Shown one piece after another: positions 9,595 to 18,321 of a DNA stretch of 64,000 bases (position 1 is the stretch's first letter; every line of letters begins with the position of its first letter). Below the pieces are notes generated by a model. That model searched no databases, was not told the origin of the DNA, and worked only from the letters and a program-made list of their open reading frames with translations. Origin of the DNA: Candidatus Latescibacterota bacterium. Its GTDB lineage: Bacteria > Latescibacterota > UBA2968 > UBA8231. The stretch covers positions 320,001-384,000 of the forward strand of contig CBDCSU010000004.1 in NCBI GenBank assembly GCA_965221775.1, in the 5' to 3' direction. Made by a program: the position numbers and the translations under genes.

Positions 9595-10574
9595 GCTGGG
9601 GACACCGCCTGAATCCCGCGCCCGTCTCCTGCTTCTGCCGGGGCCCGCTCCTCGCCGTGGCGCTCGTAGGCCTGGACGATGCGCTGCACGAGGGGATTGC
9701 GCACGACATCGCGCTCGGTCAGATGGATGAAGTGGCAACCCTCGATGTCCCGCAGGACGCTGCGTACGTCGACCAGGCCGGACACCTGCCCATCGGGCAG
9801 GTCCGTCTGGGTGATGTCTCCGGTGACCACCGCCTTGGACCCGGCACCCAGGCGGGTGAGGAACATCTTCATCTGCGCCGGAGTCGTGTTCTGCGCCTCG
9901 TCGAGAATGACGAAGGAGTCGTTCAGCGTACGGCCGCGCATGAAAGCCAGGGGGGCGACCTCGACGACCTTCATGCTCTGAAGCCGCGCCAGCCGCTCGG
10001 ACTCGAGCAGCTCCTGGAGCGCGTCGTAGAGGGGGCGCAAGTAGGGATCCACCTTTTCTTCCAAGGCACCGGGCAGGAACCCCAGGTTCTCGCCGGCTTC
10101 CACCGCTGGACGCGCCAGGATGATCCGGGAGACCCTCTTCTGCTTGAGGGAGGAGACAGCGGCGGCGACGGCGAGGTAGGTCTTCCCCGTGCCCGCCGGG
10201 CCGATGGCGAAGACCATGTCGCTGCGGCGAAGAGCTTCGGAGTAGGCGAGCTGGCCGCCGCTGCGGGCGCGCACGGTGGTCCGGTAGGTGCGGAAGCCTC
10301 GTCCGCCGAGGGATTCCCCGGCGGTCGCCTGGCCCTGGAGGGAGAGGGTCCCCAAGTCCCGTTGGAGGAGGGCCTGCACATCCTCCTCCCCGAGGTCGGG
10401 GTCACGGCGCAGGCTCTCGATGACCGTCTCGAGCAGACCGCTGGCGATTCGTATCGACTCTTCCGGCCCGTCGACCAGAAGCCGCTCGCCGCGGGCCACG
10501 AGAGACACTCCGCAACTGTTCTCGAGGGACTGCAGGTTCCGGTCGTTGTGGCCGAACAGCGCGACCGGATCCAC
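9591..10574 (-). CDS. PhoH family ATPase (YbeZ-like)
   Basis: GPAGTGKT, RPAVEAGE.LGFLPG, FMRGRT, DEAQN, GD.TQ.DL; start may lie slightly upstream (~10601). Confidence 0.94.
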   Translation of the reverse strand: MDPVALFGHNDRNLQSLENSCGVSLVARGERLLVDGPEESIRIASGLLETVIESLRRDPDLGEEDVQALLQRDLGTLSLQGQATAGESLGGRGFRTYRTTVRARSGGQLAYSEALRRSDMVFAIGPAGTGKTYLAVAAAVSSLKQKRVSRIILARPAVEAGENLGFLPGALEEKVDPYLRPLYDALQELLESERLARLQSMKVVEVAPLAFMRGRTLNDSFVILDEAQNTTPAQMKMFLTRLGAGSKAVVTGDITQTDLPDGQVSGLVDVRSVLRDIEGCHFIHLTERDVVRNPLVQRIVQAYERHGEERAPAEAGDGRGIQAVSPA

Positions 10575-10656
10575 CTCGGCGATGGAGATGGTCTTCTTCA
10601 GATCTCTCGTAGGGGCGTGATCGGTAGTTTGATCAGGTGAGAGTGCTCAAGAGACG

Positions 10657-10698
10657 AAAAGGGATTCGGATTCCGGCAAGCCCCGGTCCGAACCCCTT
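10657..10698 (-). terminator. Probable terminator hairpin downstream of LysM gene
   Basis: Minus strand imperfect stem AAGGGGTTCGGACCGG...CCGGAATCCGAATCCCTT ending in a short T run. Confidence 0.5.
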
Positions 10699-10779
10699 GA
10701 CGCTGCTACTCCGGAGTGCACAGCTGCACCGAACCTCGGATCCCCGGAAACCCCTACCCCTCTCGAAAGAGACTCTCTA

Positions 10780-11607
10780 CTAGTCCGGGAGGTCGAGCAC
10801 CTGGGCAGGGAACACGAGACTCGGATCCATGATCTGCTGCTTGTTCGCCTTGTAGATCTTGTGCCACATCGTCGGGTCATTGTAGACCTCCTGGGCGATC
10901 TTCGTCAGGAAGTCGCCTGAGGTCACCAAGTACTGGTTCTCACCGATGGCAATGGGAATATTGAACATCTGCTTCGGGAAGATCAGATCGGGATCGTCGA
11001 TTTCGTCCTTGTTCGCCCGGTAGATGCGAGGCCACATGTACGGATCGTCGTAGATCTCGGGCTTGGAGGCGATTCCCCAGAGGTGGTCGCCCTTCATGAC
11101 CTCGTAGGTGAGCTCCCTCGGCGCACGGACCAGCAGTTCGGCGATCAACTGGCCGGCGCGCTCGATCTTCGCCTTCATCTCGGGGAGTGCGGAGATGGGC
11201 GACATCTTCATCTCCGCCAAGTCCTCGGCGGCCATCTCCAACTCGCTCCGGCGCCACATCAACTCCTCCGGTGCCAGCGCGGCCAAACCCTCAAGCTGCT
11301 GCAGCAGAGCATCGAGACGTCGCCCGAACTCAGCCACCTCGGCTTCCGTGGCGCCCACGAGGGCCAGGATCTCCGCATTCCGCTCTGCGATCCTGGCCTG
11401 CATCTCATCGACTTGGGCCTGGAGCGCAGCGATCTCCTCGTCGAGTTGGGCGATCTCGGCCTTGGCTTTGGCCTCTCCCGAGCGATGCGAAGCCAGCTGT
11501 ACCAGGAACTCCTCGCAAGTCATCTTCATCTGCGCGGAGGCGCCGCCCACCAGACCGAAGGCAAGGGCAAGGAAGACCACACCACCTAAAGCGCGATGCC
11601 TTGGCAT
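10780..11607 (-). CDS. Secreted coiled-coil protein with two LysM domains
   Basis: Signal peptide, heptad region, YEVMKGDHLWGIA...WPRIYRAN...DPDLIFP and YLVTSGDFL..IA...WHKIYKAN; ATG 11607 after GAAAGG. Confidence 0.9.
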   Translation of the reverse strand: MPRHRALGGVVFLALAFGLVGGASAQMKMTCEEFLVQLASHRSGEAKAKAEIAQLDEEIAALQAQVDEMQARIAERNAEILALVGATEAEVAEFGRRLDALLQQLEGLAALAPEELMWRRSELEMAAEDLAEMKMSPISALPEMKAKIERAGQLIAELLVRAPRELTYEVMKGDHLWGIASKPEIYDDPYMWPRIYRANKDEIDDPDLIFPKQMFNIPIAIGENQYLVTSGDFLTKIAQEVYNDPTMWHKIYKANKQQIMDPSLVFPAQVLDLPD

Positions 11608-11636
11608 TTCAGTGCCTTTCTCGTGTTGTAGAATTG

Positions 11637-11930
11637 TCACTCGGACATCCGGTTGGACAGGTTCACCTCCGTTGCGGCCTTCTTCTCGTCGAGCGCCTTC
11701 AACTCGGCCTTGGCGTCGGCCAACTCGCTCTCAAGTCGGGCCTTCTCGGCTTTCTTCTCGGCCACCTTGTCCTCTGCGGACTCCATCGCCTGCCGTTGTT
11801 CCTCAAGTAGGGAGAGTTCCTTTTGGTTGGGAACAGCGGAACAGCCAGCGATCAGCCCGGCGGCGAGGACGGCGGCCACGATATGGACGTAGTCCTTGGC
11901 AGCACGAGCGCTGCTAGGAGAAATACCCAT
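11637..11930 (-). CDS. Small coiled-coil lipoprotein
   Basis: Lipobox LIAG-C followed by an E/K/A-rich coiled coil. Confidence 0.8.
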   Translation of the reverse strand: MGISPSSARAAKDYVHIVAAVLAAGLIAGCSAVPNQKELSLLEEQRQAMESAEDKVAEKKAEKARLESELADAKAELKALDEKKAATEVNLSNRMSE

Positions 11931-11999
11931 CGAGCGACTCCCCTGTGTCTGCTTGTCGGTTTGGATGCGCGGATTCCGCGAAATGGCTAGTCCTGGCCC

Positions 12000-12028
12000 A
12001 AGGTAAACGCGTCCAAAGGGGATGTCAA
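12000..12028 (-). promoter_or_regulatory. Sigma-70-type promoter for lipoprotein-LysM operon
   Basis: TTGACA-17 bp-TACCTT on minus strand. Confidence 0.7.
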
Positions 12029-12065
12029 GTCAAAATCCCCTGTCCTTATAAGGGCTTACAGTCGG

Positions 12066-13847
12066 CTACCGGAGCCGGATGCCCAGCTCCCGAAGCTGGG
12101 GATCGTCCACCGGTCCGGGAGCATCCTCCATGAGGCCAACCGCCTTGTTTGTCTTGGGGAAGGCGATGACATCACGGATCGAGCCCTCCCCCGCAAGCAT
12201 GGCCACCAGCCGGTCGAAGCCGAAGGCGATCCCGCCGTGGGGCGGAGCCCCGTGCTCCAAGGCCTCCAGCAGGAAGCCGAATTTCTCCCGGGCCTCCCGA
12301 TTCGAGATGCCCAGCAGATGGAATAGACGCTTCTGCAATCCGGAGTCGTGGATCCGGATCGAGCCGCCGGCGACCTCGTCGCCGTTGATCACGAGATCAT
12401 AGGCCCGCGCACGCGCCAGGGCTGGATCGTCGTCCAGTGCCTCGACATCCTCGGGCAGGGGGGCGGTAAAGGGGTGGTGCACGGCCTGATATCCATCCGA
12501 GTCCGGACTTGGTTCCAGAAGGGGGAAGCGATCGACCCACAGGGGGTGCCAGCGGTCGTCTGCGAGCCCGAAGCGCTCTGCCAGCTCGAGACGGAGGGCA
12601 CCCAGAACCCTCGCCGCCGCCCCAGGCGAGTCCGCCACCAGCAGGAGCAGATCACCGGGCTCGGAGGCCAGCCCCTCGACCAGGAGATCCTGCGAGGCCT
12701 CCGGGAAAAACTTGACGATGGAGGACTCGAGACCTCGGTCCGTGTGACGGATCCAACTGAGCCCCTTGGCTCCCTGCTCTTGGGCAAACGCGATCAGCCC
12801 GTCGATTTGACTCCGAGGCAACTGACTGCGCCCCTTTGCGTTGATGCCCTTTACCTGTCCTCCCGAATCAAGCACCGACCGGAAGATCCCATAGTCGGAT
12901 GCACGGGCCGCTTCCATCAGGTCGACCAACTCCAGGCCGAACCGAAGATCGGGGCGGTCGCTGCCGAAGCGGTCCATCGCTTCCTGATAGGAGATCCGGG
13001 GAAATGGATCGGGCAGGGAGATACCGGCGACCTCGGAGAACAGTGACCGGGTGAGACGCTCCGCCAGATCGGTCACGCGCTGTTCGTCGACGAAGGACAT
13101 CTCGATGTCGATCTGGGTGAATTCCGGCTGCCGGTCGGCCCGCAGATCCTCGTCCCGGAAACACTTGACGATCTGGTAGTATCGGTCGAGCCCGGAGACC
13201 ATCAGCAACTGCTTGTAGGTTTGGGGAGATTGGGGGAGGGCGAAGAACCGGCCCTGGTGAACCCGGCTGGGAACCAGGAAGTCCCGGGCTCCCTCCGGGG
13301 TGCTGCGAATCAGCAAGGGCGTCTCCACCTCTATGAAGCCCTCGCCATCGAGAAACCTCCGGGTCGTCCGGTAGCATTGGTGGCGCAAGGCGAGATTGCC
13401 TTGCATCCGCGGGCGGCGCAGGTCGAGGTATCGATACCTGAGGCGTGTCTCCTCGCCCAGCTCCACGCTGTCGTCGACCTGGAAAGGCACGGGCCTGGAC
13501 TCGTTCAGGAGTCTCACCTGATCGCAGTTGACCTCGATCTCGCCCGTGGGCAGGCGCGGGTTGACCATCCCCTGAGGACGGCGCTCGACGATGCCGTGGA
13601 CGGCGACGACGAACTCGTTTCGCAGGGCATCCGCCCTGGCATGGGCCTCGGAGCTGTGCTGGGGATTGAAGACGATCTGGGTGACGCCTCCACGGTCCCG
13701 CAGGTCGACGAAGATGACGCCGCCGTGATCCCTGCGGGTCGATACCCACCCCATCAGGATCACCCGCTCGCCGAGATGCTCGGCCGTCAGGGTGCCGCAG
13801 TCGTGGCTACGCTTCCAGTCACCGAGAGAGTCGAGTCTGGCGGCCAT
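12066..13847 (-). CDS. aspS: Aspartate--tRNA ligase
   Basis: RRDHGGVIFVDLRD, STPEGARDF, LPQSPQ, CFRDEDLRADRQPEFTQID, GAPPHGGIAFGFDR; start re-called to ATG 13847. Confidence 0.97.
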   Translation of the reverse strand: MAARLDSLGDWKRSHDCGTLTAEHLGERVILMGWVSTRRDHGGVIFVDLRDRGGVTQIVFNPQHSSEAHARADALRNEFVVAVHGIVERRPQGMVNPRLPTGEIEVNCDQVRLLNESRPVPFQVDDSVELGEETRLRYRYLDLRRPRMQGNLALRHQCYRTTRRFLDGEGFIEVETPLLIRSTPEGARDFLVPSRVHQGRFFALPQSPQTYKQLLMVSGLDRYYQIVKCFRDEDLRADRQPEFTQIDIEMSFVDEQRVTDLAERLTRSLFSEVAGISLPDPFPRISYQEAMDRFGSDRPDLRFGLELVDLMEAARASDYGIFRSVLDSGGQVKGINAKGRSQLPRSQIDGLIAFAQEQGAKGLSWIRHTDRGLESSIVKFFPEASQDLLVEGLASEPGDLLLLVADSPGAAARVLGALRLELAERFGLADDRWHPLWVDRFPLLEPSPDSDGYQAVHHPFTAPLPEDVEALDDDPALARARAYDLVINGDEVAGGSIRIHDSGLQKRLFHLLGISNREAREKFGFLLEALEHGAPPHGGIAFGFDRLVAMLAGEGSIRDVIAFPKTNKAVGLMEDAPGPVDDPQLRELGIRLR

Positions 13848-13884
13848 CTCTTCCGTTGCGCAAGGATTCGGGTTGAAACGAGTA

Positions 13885-13913
13885 ACCTTATGTATTTCCT
13901 GCAATTGTGTCAA
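13885..13913 (-). promoter_or_regulatory. Sigma-70-type promoter for aspS
   Basis: TTGACA-17 bp-TAAGGT on minus strand. Confidence 0.65.
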
Positions 13914-13950
13914 AGCCAGGCGGCTCCCGAATCACTCCCGGGCCTTTCCG

Positions 13951-13978
13951 TTGACGACGCGGCCCAGGCGGCTATATT
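13951..13978 (+). promoter_or_regulatory. Sigma-70-type promoter for the cysteine synthase operon
   Basis: TTGACG-16 bp-TATATT, back-to-back with the aspS promoter. Confidence 0.6.
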
Positions 13979-14108
13979 CGCCCGCCCTCACGGACCCGAG
14001 CCTGGGCTCCGAGGCCCGACTCGGCGCGAAGGCGGGCGATCGCGGGACGACCCTGAACCGGCATTCTCCCTCGAGTCATGAAGGGCCCCTGGAAGGAGAT
14101 GACCTCCG

Positions 14109-15062
14109 GTGACCGCCATCCCCGGCGAGCTCGGCATCGTCGATCAGATCGGCAACACCCCGCTGCTGCGGCTGCCCGGCGTCGATGTCCCATCCCATGT
14201 CTCCGTGTACGCCAAGCTGGAGTTCTTCAATCCGGGCGGGTCGGTCAAGGATCGGCCGGCGCGGCGCATGATCCTGGAGGGGATCGCATCGGGCGGTCTA
14301 AAGCCGGGCAAGGTGATCCTCGATTCGACATCGGGAAACACCGGTATCGCCTATGCGATGATCGGCGCGGCCCTCGGGTACCCGGTGAAGCTGGCCATGC
14401 CCGCCAATGTGACGCGCGAGCGCAGTTCCATCCTGGCCGCGTACGGGGCCCAGGTGGTCCTCACCGATCCGGCAGAAGGCTCCGACGGGGCGATTCTGGA
14501 GGCTCGCCGGATCCAGGCGGAGGATGCGGAGCGCTACTTCAAGCCCGATCAGTACAACAATCCGGCGAACTGGTGGGCGCACCGCGACTCGACGGCCCGC
14601 GAGATCTGGAGACAGACCGGGGGCGACGTCACCCACTTGGTGGCTACCATGGGGACCAGCGGGACGGTGATGGGGACGGGGCGAGGACTGAAGGCGCGCA
14701 GCCCGGAGATCACGGTTGTCGGAGTCGAGCCCTCCGACGCCTTCCATGGGATCGAGGGGCTGAAACACATGGACAGTTCGATCGTCCCCGGGATCTACGA
14801 CGAGTCCTTCCTCGACTCGAAGATCGGTGTCGACACGGAGGACGCCTACGAGGCTGCGCTGCGCCTCTCCCGCGAGCTCGGAGTCCTCGTGGGACAGTCC
14901 TCGGGCGCCGCGTACGAGGCTGCCCTGAGAGTGGCCAGAGAGCTGTCCCGTGGTACGGTGGTGACCATCTTCTGTGACGGAGGAGACAAGTACATGACGA
15001 CCCCCATGTGGCGTGACCTTCTCGAGGAGCGGGGGATTCCGGGGCAGGCGGGCAGATGCTGA
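14109..15062 (+). CDS. cysM: PLP-dependent cysteine synthase (CysM-like, probably CysO-dependent)
   Basis: IGNTPL, NPGGSVKDR, STSGNTG, MGTSGT, GQSSGA; adjacent to JAB peptidase and sulfur carrier. Confidence 0.9.
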   Translation: MTAIPGELGIVDQIGNTPLLRLPGVDVPSHVSVYAKLEFFNPGGSVKDRPARRMILEGIASGGLKPGKVILDSTSGNTGIAYAMIGAALGYPVKLAMPANVTRERSSILAAYGAQVVLTDPAEGSDGAILEARRIQAEDAERYFKPDQYNNPANWWAHRDSTAREIWRQTGGDVTHLVATMGTSGTVMGTGRGLKARSPEITVVGVEPSDAFHGIEGLKHMDSSIVPGIYDESFLDSKIGVDTEDAYEAALRLSRELGVLVGQSSGAAYEAALRVARELSRGTVVTIFCDGGDKYMTTPMWRDLLEERGIPGQAGRC

Positions 15063-15523
15063 GGGTTGCGCGCGATCAGGTTCGGAGGATCTGCGATCAG
15101 GCGATGGAGGAGTACCCCGGCGAGTGCTGCGGGATCCTCACCTCAGGGCCGGGGGGGGAGGGCATCGAGATCCACCCTTGCCGCAATATCCAGGACGAGC
15201 TTCACGAGCGGGACCCGTCGGAGTATCCCCGAGACTCGGGGACCGCCTACTTCATCGACCCTGGGGAGCTCTTCCGCATCGTCAGCGCGGCGGAAAGGGC
15301 GGGAGGACGGGTCGCCGGCTTCTACCACTCCCACATCGACTGCGATGCCTATTTCTCCGAAGAGGACAAGGCGCGGGCCATGGCCTGGGACGAACCGGCC
15401 TATCCCGACGCCGTGTACCTGGTGATCTCCGTCCATGCGGACGGGGTGCGCGGCAGCAGAGGCTTCGCCTGGGATCCGCACCAATCCGACTTCGCCGAGG
15501 TAGAGGTGCTCTTCCCGATGTGA
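15056..15523 (+). CDS. JAB/MPN+ (M67) metallopeptidase, Mec-like
   Basis: YPGECCG glutamate and YHSH.....YFSEED JAMM motif. Confidence 0.92.
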   Translation: MLRVARDQVRRICDQAMEEYPGECCGILTSGPGGEGIEIHPCRNIQDELHERDPSEYPRDSGTAYFIDPGELFRIVSAAERAGGRVAGFYHSHIDCDAYFSEEDKARAMAWDEPAYPDAVYLVISVHADGVRGSRGFAWDPHQSDFAEVEVLFPM

Positions 15524-15690
15524 GTGATCGCAGTTCCCGCAGCGTACGGTTCCGGATTTAGCGATTGGATCTTCCCGCGGCTATACTTGCTGCGACCAAG
15601 GCTCGGGCAACGGTTCGGGCGAGCTCGCCGGCTCCGGCCGTGCCTTCCGTGTAGTCCCCGAAGCGCAATCCCCTCTGGAGGAGTCTGGAG

Positions 15691-15972
15691 ATGCCTGTAA
15701 CCGTTCACGTGCCAACCCCTCTCCGCAAACTCACGGGAAACCAGGCCGAGGTTCAGATCGAGGCCGGTTCGGTGTCGGAACTGGTCGACAGCCTGGAGGC
15801 TTCCCATGCGGGAATCAAGGAGAAGCTGGTCGACGAGGCGGGGGAGATTCGCCGCTACGTCAATATCTACGTCAACGAGGAGGACGTCCGCTTCCTGGAC
15901 GGCAAGGAAACGACTCTGGCGGACGGGGACAGTGTATCGATCGTGCCTGCCATCGCCGGCGGTCGAGTCTGA
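15691..15972 (+). CDS. MoaD/ThiS family sulfur carrier, CysO-like
   Basis: YVNIYVNEEDVRFL, VSIVPAIAGG followed by RV extension; RBS GGAGGAG. Confidence 0.93.
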   Translation: MPVTVHVPTPLRKLTGNQAEVQIEAGSVSELVDSLEASHAGIKEKLVDEAGEIRRYVNIYVNEEDVRFLDGKETTLADGDSVSIVPAIAGGRV

Positions 15973-16064
15973 TGGGAGCGAGGCTTGCTTTGGGTCCGAG
16001 GCCGCGGCTGGCCTCGGAGCCGAACCCTGGCCATCCGGTCGACGCCGAGCGGAGAACCGCCGCG

Positions 16065-16319
16065 TCAGCCGAGGTTCTTGACGTGCCGGGTGAGGCGGGA
16101 CTTGTGGCGGGCGCCCGTATTGGCCTGCAACACCCCCTTGCGGACGGTGCGGTCGATCACGGAAATGGCGGCAACCAGAGCCTCCTGCCCTGCCTGAGCA
16201 TCCGGTGCCTGACGCACTCGCTTGACGGCGGTACGCATCGCGGACAGGACGCTACGGTTCCGAACCCGTCGTTGACGGGACTTTCGCAGGCTCTTCTTCG
16301 CTGACTTGAGGGCCGGCAA
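16065..16319 (-). CDS. rpsT: 30S ribosomal protein S20
   Basis: KSAKK..R....RR.RN...S.MRTAVK...IDR...KGVL..NT.AR.KSRL; TTG start after GAGGAG. Confidence 0.93.
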   Translation of the reverse strand: MPALKSAKKSLRKSRQRRVRNRSVLSAMRTAVKRVRQAPDAQAGQEALVAAISVIDRTVRKGVLQANTGARHKSRLTRHVKNLG

Positions 16320-16608
16320 GGGGCTCTCCTCTCGGTTGTCGGCAGGCCCGACCTGGAGTCGGCGGCCCCGCCATCTACGGCCTGAAGCGCGGAAGGCACG
16401 TGGAAACACCTCCCGGGTTCTGCACTACATCCCAGACAGGCCCAATCCGTCAAAGTTAGCGGGCGTCAGGGCTGCCGGCAACTCTGCTTCCGTGCGACTG
16501 GTCGGAGGGAGAGCCCCTGGCTATCATAGAGCCCGCGCTGCGGCGAGTTGCAGCCGCCGTGGGCGCCGCCGCCGACGACTCCCTCCTGCAGGAGACCAGG
16601 GAAATCCC

Positions 16609-17253
16609 GTGCCTGCTCCGACCCCCCTGAACGTTCCGTCCCCCCGTGGGTTCCGTGGACCCGGGCAGGTGGCCGCTGTGCTTCTCGCCGCCGGTCGTTC
16701 CCGCCGCATGGGGCGCCCCAAGCAGTTGCTGCCCATCGACGGCACCAGCATGATCGAGGCCGTCACCACCCGTGTCCGCCCCCACGTCGATCATCTGGTC
16801 GTGGTCATCGGTCACGCCGCCGAGCAAATCGCACCCCTGCTCCGCCCCCACGGGGTGAGGGTGGCGGTCAACGAGGAGGTCGACCGGGGCATGCTCGGTT
16901 CGGTGAAGTGCGGACTGAGAGCCGCCGGACCCCGGTGGCAAGGTTACCTGTTCTGTCTCGGCGATCAACCGGGGCTGACCGACTCCGTCTTGCAGGCCGT
17001 CCTCACCAGCGCAGCCTCTTCGGAGAAGGGGATCGTCATCCCCACCTTCTCCGGCCGGCGGGGGCACCCGGTGTACCTCTCCCGCCGGTACTACGACGAA
17101 ATCCTGGGGCTCGATGAAAGCTCGGGCCTCAACGCCGTGACCGGCTCCCGTCCGGCCGACACGCTCGAAGTGCCCGTAGCCGAGCCGGCCGTGCTGGAAG
17201 ACGTGGATACCCCGGCCGACTATGCCCGCATGCTGGGCGGCGGGGACTCCTGA
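16609..17253 (+). CDS. Nucleotidyltransferase, MocA/YgfJ-like molybdenum cofactor cytidylyltransferase
   Basis: LLAAGRSRRMG.PKQLL, GM.GSV, LGDQP, GHPV, DVDTPADY; start uncertain. Confidence 0.88.
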   Translation: MPAPTPLNVPSPRGFRGPGQVAAVLLAAGRSRRMGRPKQLLPIDGTSMIEAVTTRVRPHVDHLVVVIGHAAEQIAPLLRPHGVRVAVNEEVDRGMLGSVKCGLRAAGPRWQGYLFCLGDQPGLTDSVLQAVLTSAASSEKGIVIPTFSGRRGHPVYLSRRYYDEILGLDESSGLNAVTGSRPADTLEVPVAEPAVLEDVDTPADYARMLGGGDS

Positions 17254-17257
17254 ATCG

Positions 17258-18319
17258 ATGGAAGACCCGATCCATACCCTGAACGGCCTGCTCTCCGAAG
17301 GCCAACCCGTGGCGCTCTCGTCGCTGATCGAGAGCAGCGGCTCCATCCCGATGAGCGAGCGGGCCAAGATGATCGTCGACGCCGGGGGACGCACCCATGG
17401 GACGATCGGCGGCGGCTGCCTCGAGGCCGAGATCTTCACCGTGGCGCGGGACGTCCTCGCCTCCGGCAGGCCGCAGGCGACGGACTACACCATGACCGAG
17501 AAGCAGGCCGGTGAGCACGGCCTCAATTGCGGCGGCACGGTCCGCATCTACACCGAGCGGATCGACCCGGAATCGGCAGAGCTCTTCGGCGAGGTGGCCG
17601 CCGCCAGAGGTGACCGGTCCCCATGCGTCCTCGTGACCGGTCTCGGCGAGCAGGGCCGGGCGCTCCTGCATCACGACGGCCGCAGGCGCGGGGATCTGGC
17701 CGCCGTCGGGGAGGAACGGCTCTCCTCCTGGGCTCGGAGCGCCCTGGAGCGCGAGCGTTCCAGTCTGCAGAACGCGGGGGCTCGGGAGTTCTTCGTCGAG
17801 CCTTTCACGCCGCCGCCGATTCTCTTCGTCTTCGGAGGGGGACACGTGGGCGGGCAGATCGGACGCCTGGCGAAGAACGTCGGCTTCCATGTCGTCATCG
17901 TCGACGACCGCCCGTACTTCGCCAACCACGAGCGCCATCCCGAGGTGGACGAATGCGTGGCCGGCGAGGTCGCGGCCGTGTTCTCCCGGCTGCCGGTGGA
18001 TGACCAGATCTACATCGTCGCCGCCACGCGCGGTCACCAGCACGACGAGATCGTGGTGGAGCACGCCATCTCCCGAAGGGCGCGCTACATCGGCATGCTC
18101 GGCAGCGAGCGCAAGAAGATGATCCTCTGGCAGCGGATCGAGGCCCGGGGCGGCAGCCGTGACCGGCTGGAGGAGGTCTACTCGCCCGTGGGCCTGGACA
18201 TCGGCGCGGACACGCCCGAGGAGATCGCCGTCAGCGTCGTGGCAGAGTTGATCCAGGTCCGCAGGAGCGACCGCCGCAAGCGGTGGAAGACCAAGCGGAC
18301 CGATGCCGTGACCGCCTGA
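17258..18319 (+). CDS. XdhC/CoxI family Moco insertion chaperone
   Basis: GTIGGGCLE, GLNCGG, FGGGHVG, TRGHQHD, YIGMLGS, PVGLDIGADTPEEIAVS. Confidence 0.93.
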   Translation: MEDPIHTLNGLLSEGQPVALSSLIESSGSIPMSERAKMIVDAGGRTHGTIGGGCLEAEIFTVARDVLASGRPQATDYTMTEKQAGEHGLNCGGTVRIYTERIDPESAELFGEVAAARGDRSPCVLVTGLGEQGRALLHHDGRRRGDLAAVGEERLSSWARSALERERSSLQNAGAREFFVEPFTPPPILFVFGGGHVGGQIGRLAKNVGFHVVIVDDRPYFANHERHPEVDECVAGEVAAVFSRLPVDDQIYIVAATRGHQHDEIVVEHAISRRARYIGMLGSERKKMILWQRIEARGGSRDRLEEVYSPVGLDIGADTPEEIAVSVVAELIQVRRSDRRKRWKTKRTDAVTA

Positions 18320-18321
18320 CC

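Noticed and set aside
13848-13913. N-terminal extension of AspS in the ORF track
   Set aside because: The TTG coincides with a TTGACA -35 box; ATG at 13847 is the more plausible start
13985-14108. Possible SAM riboswitch in the cysteine synthase leader (also checked 15590-15690)
   Set aside because: GC hairpins are present, but the SAM-I core (ATC..GAG / GCAACC / GTGC) is not found in order
16455-16608. Possible Moco riboswitch upstream of the MocA-like gene
   Set aside because: No recognisable Moco RNA motif elements
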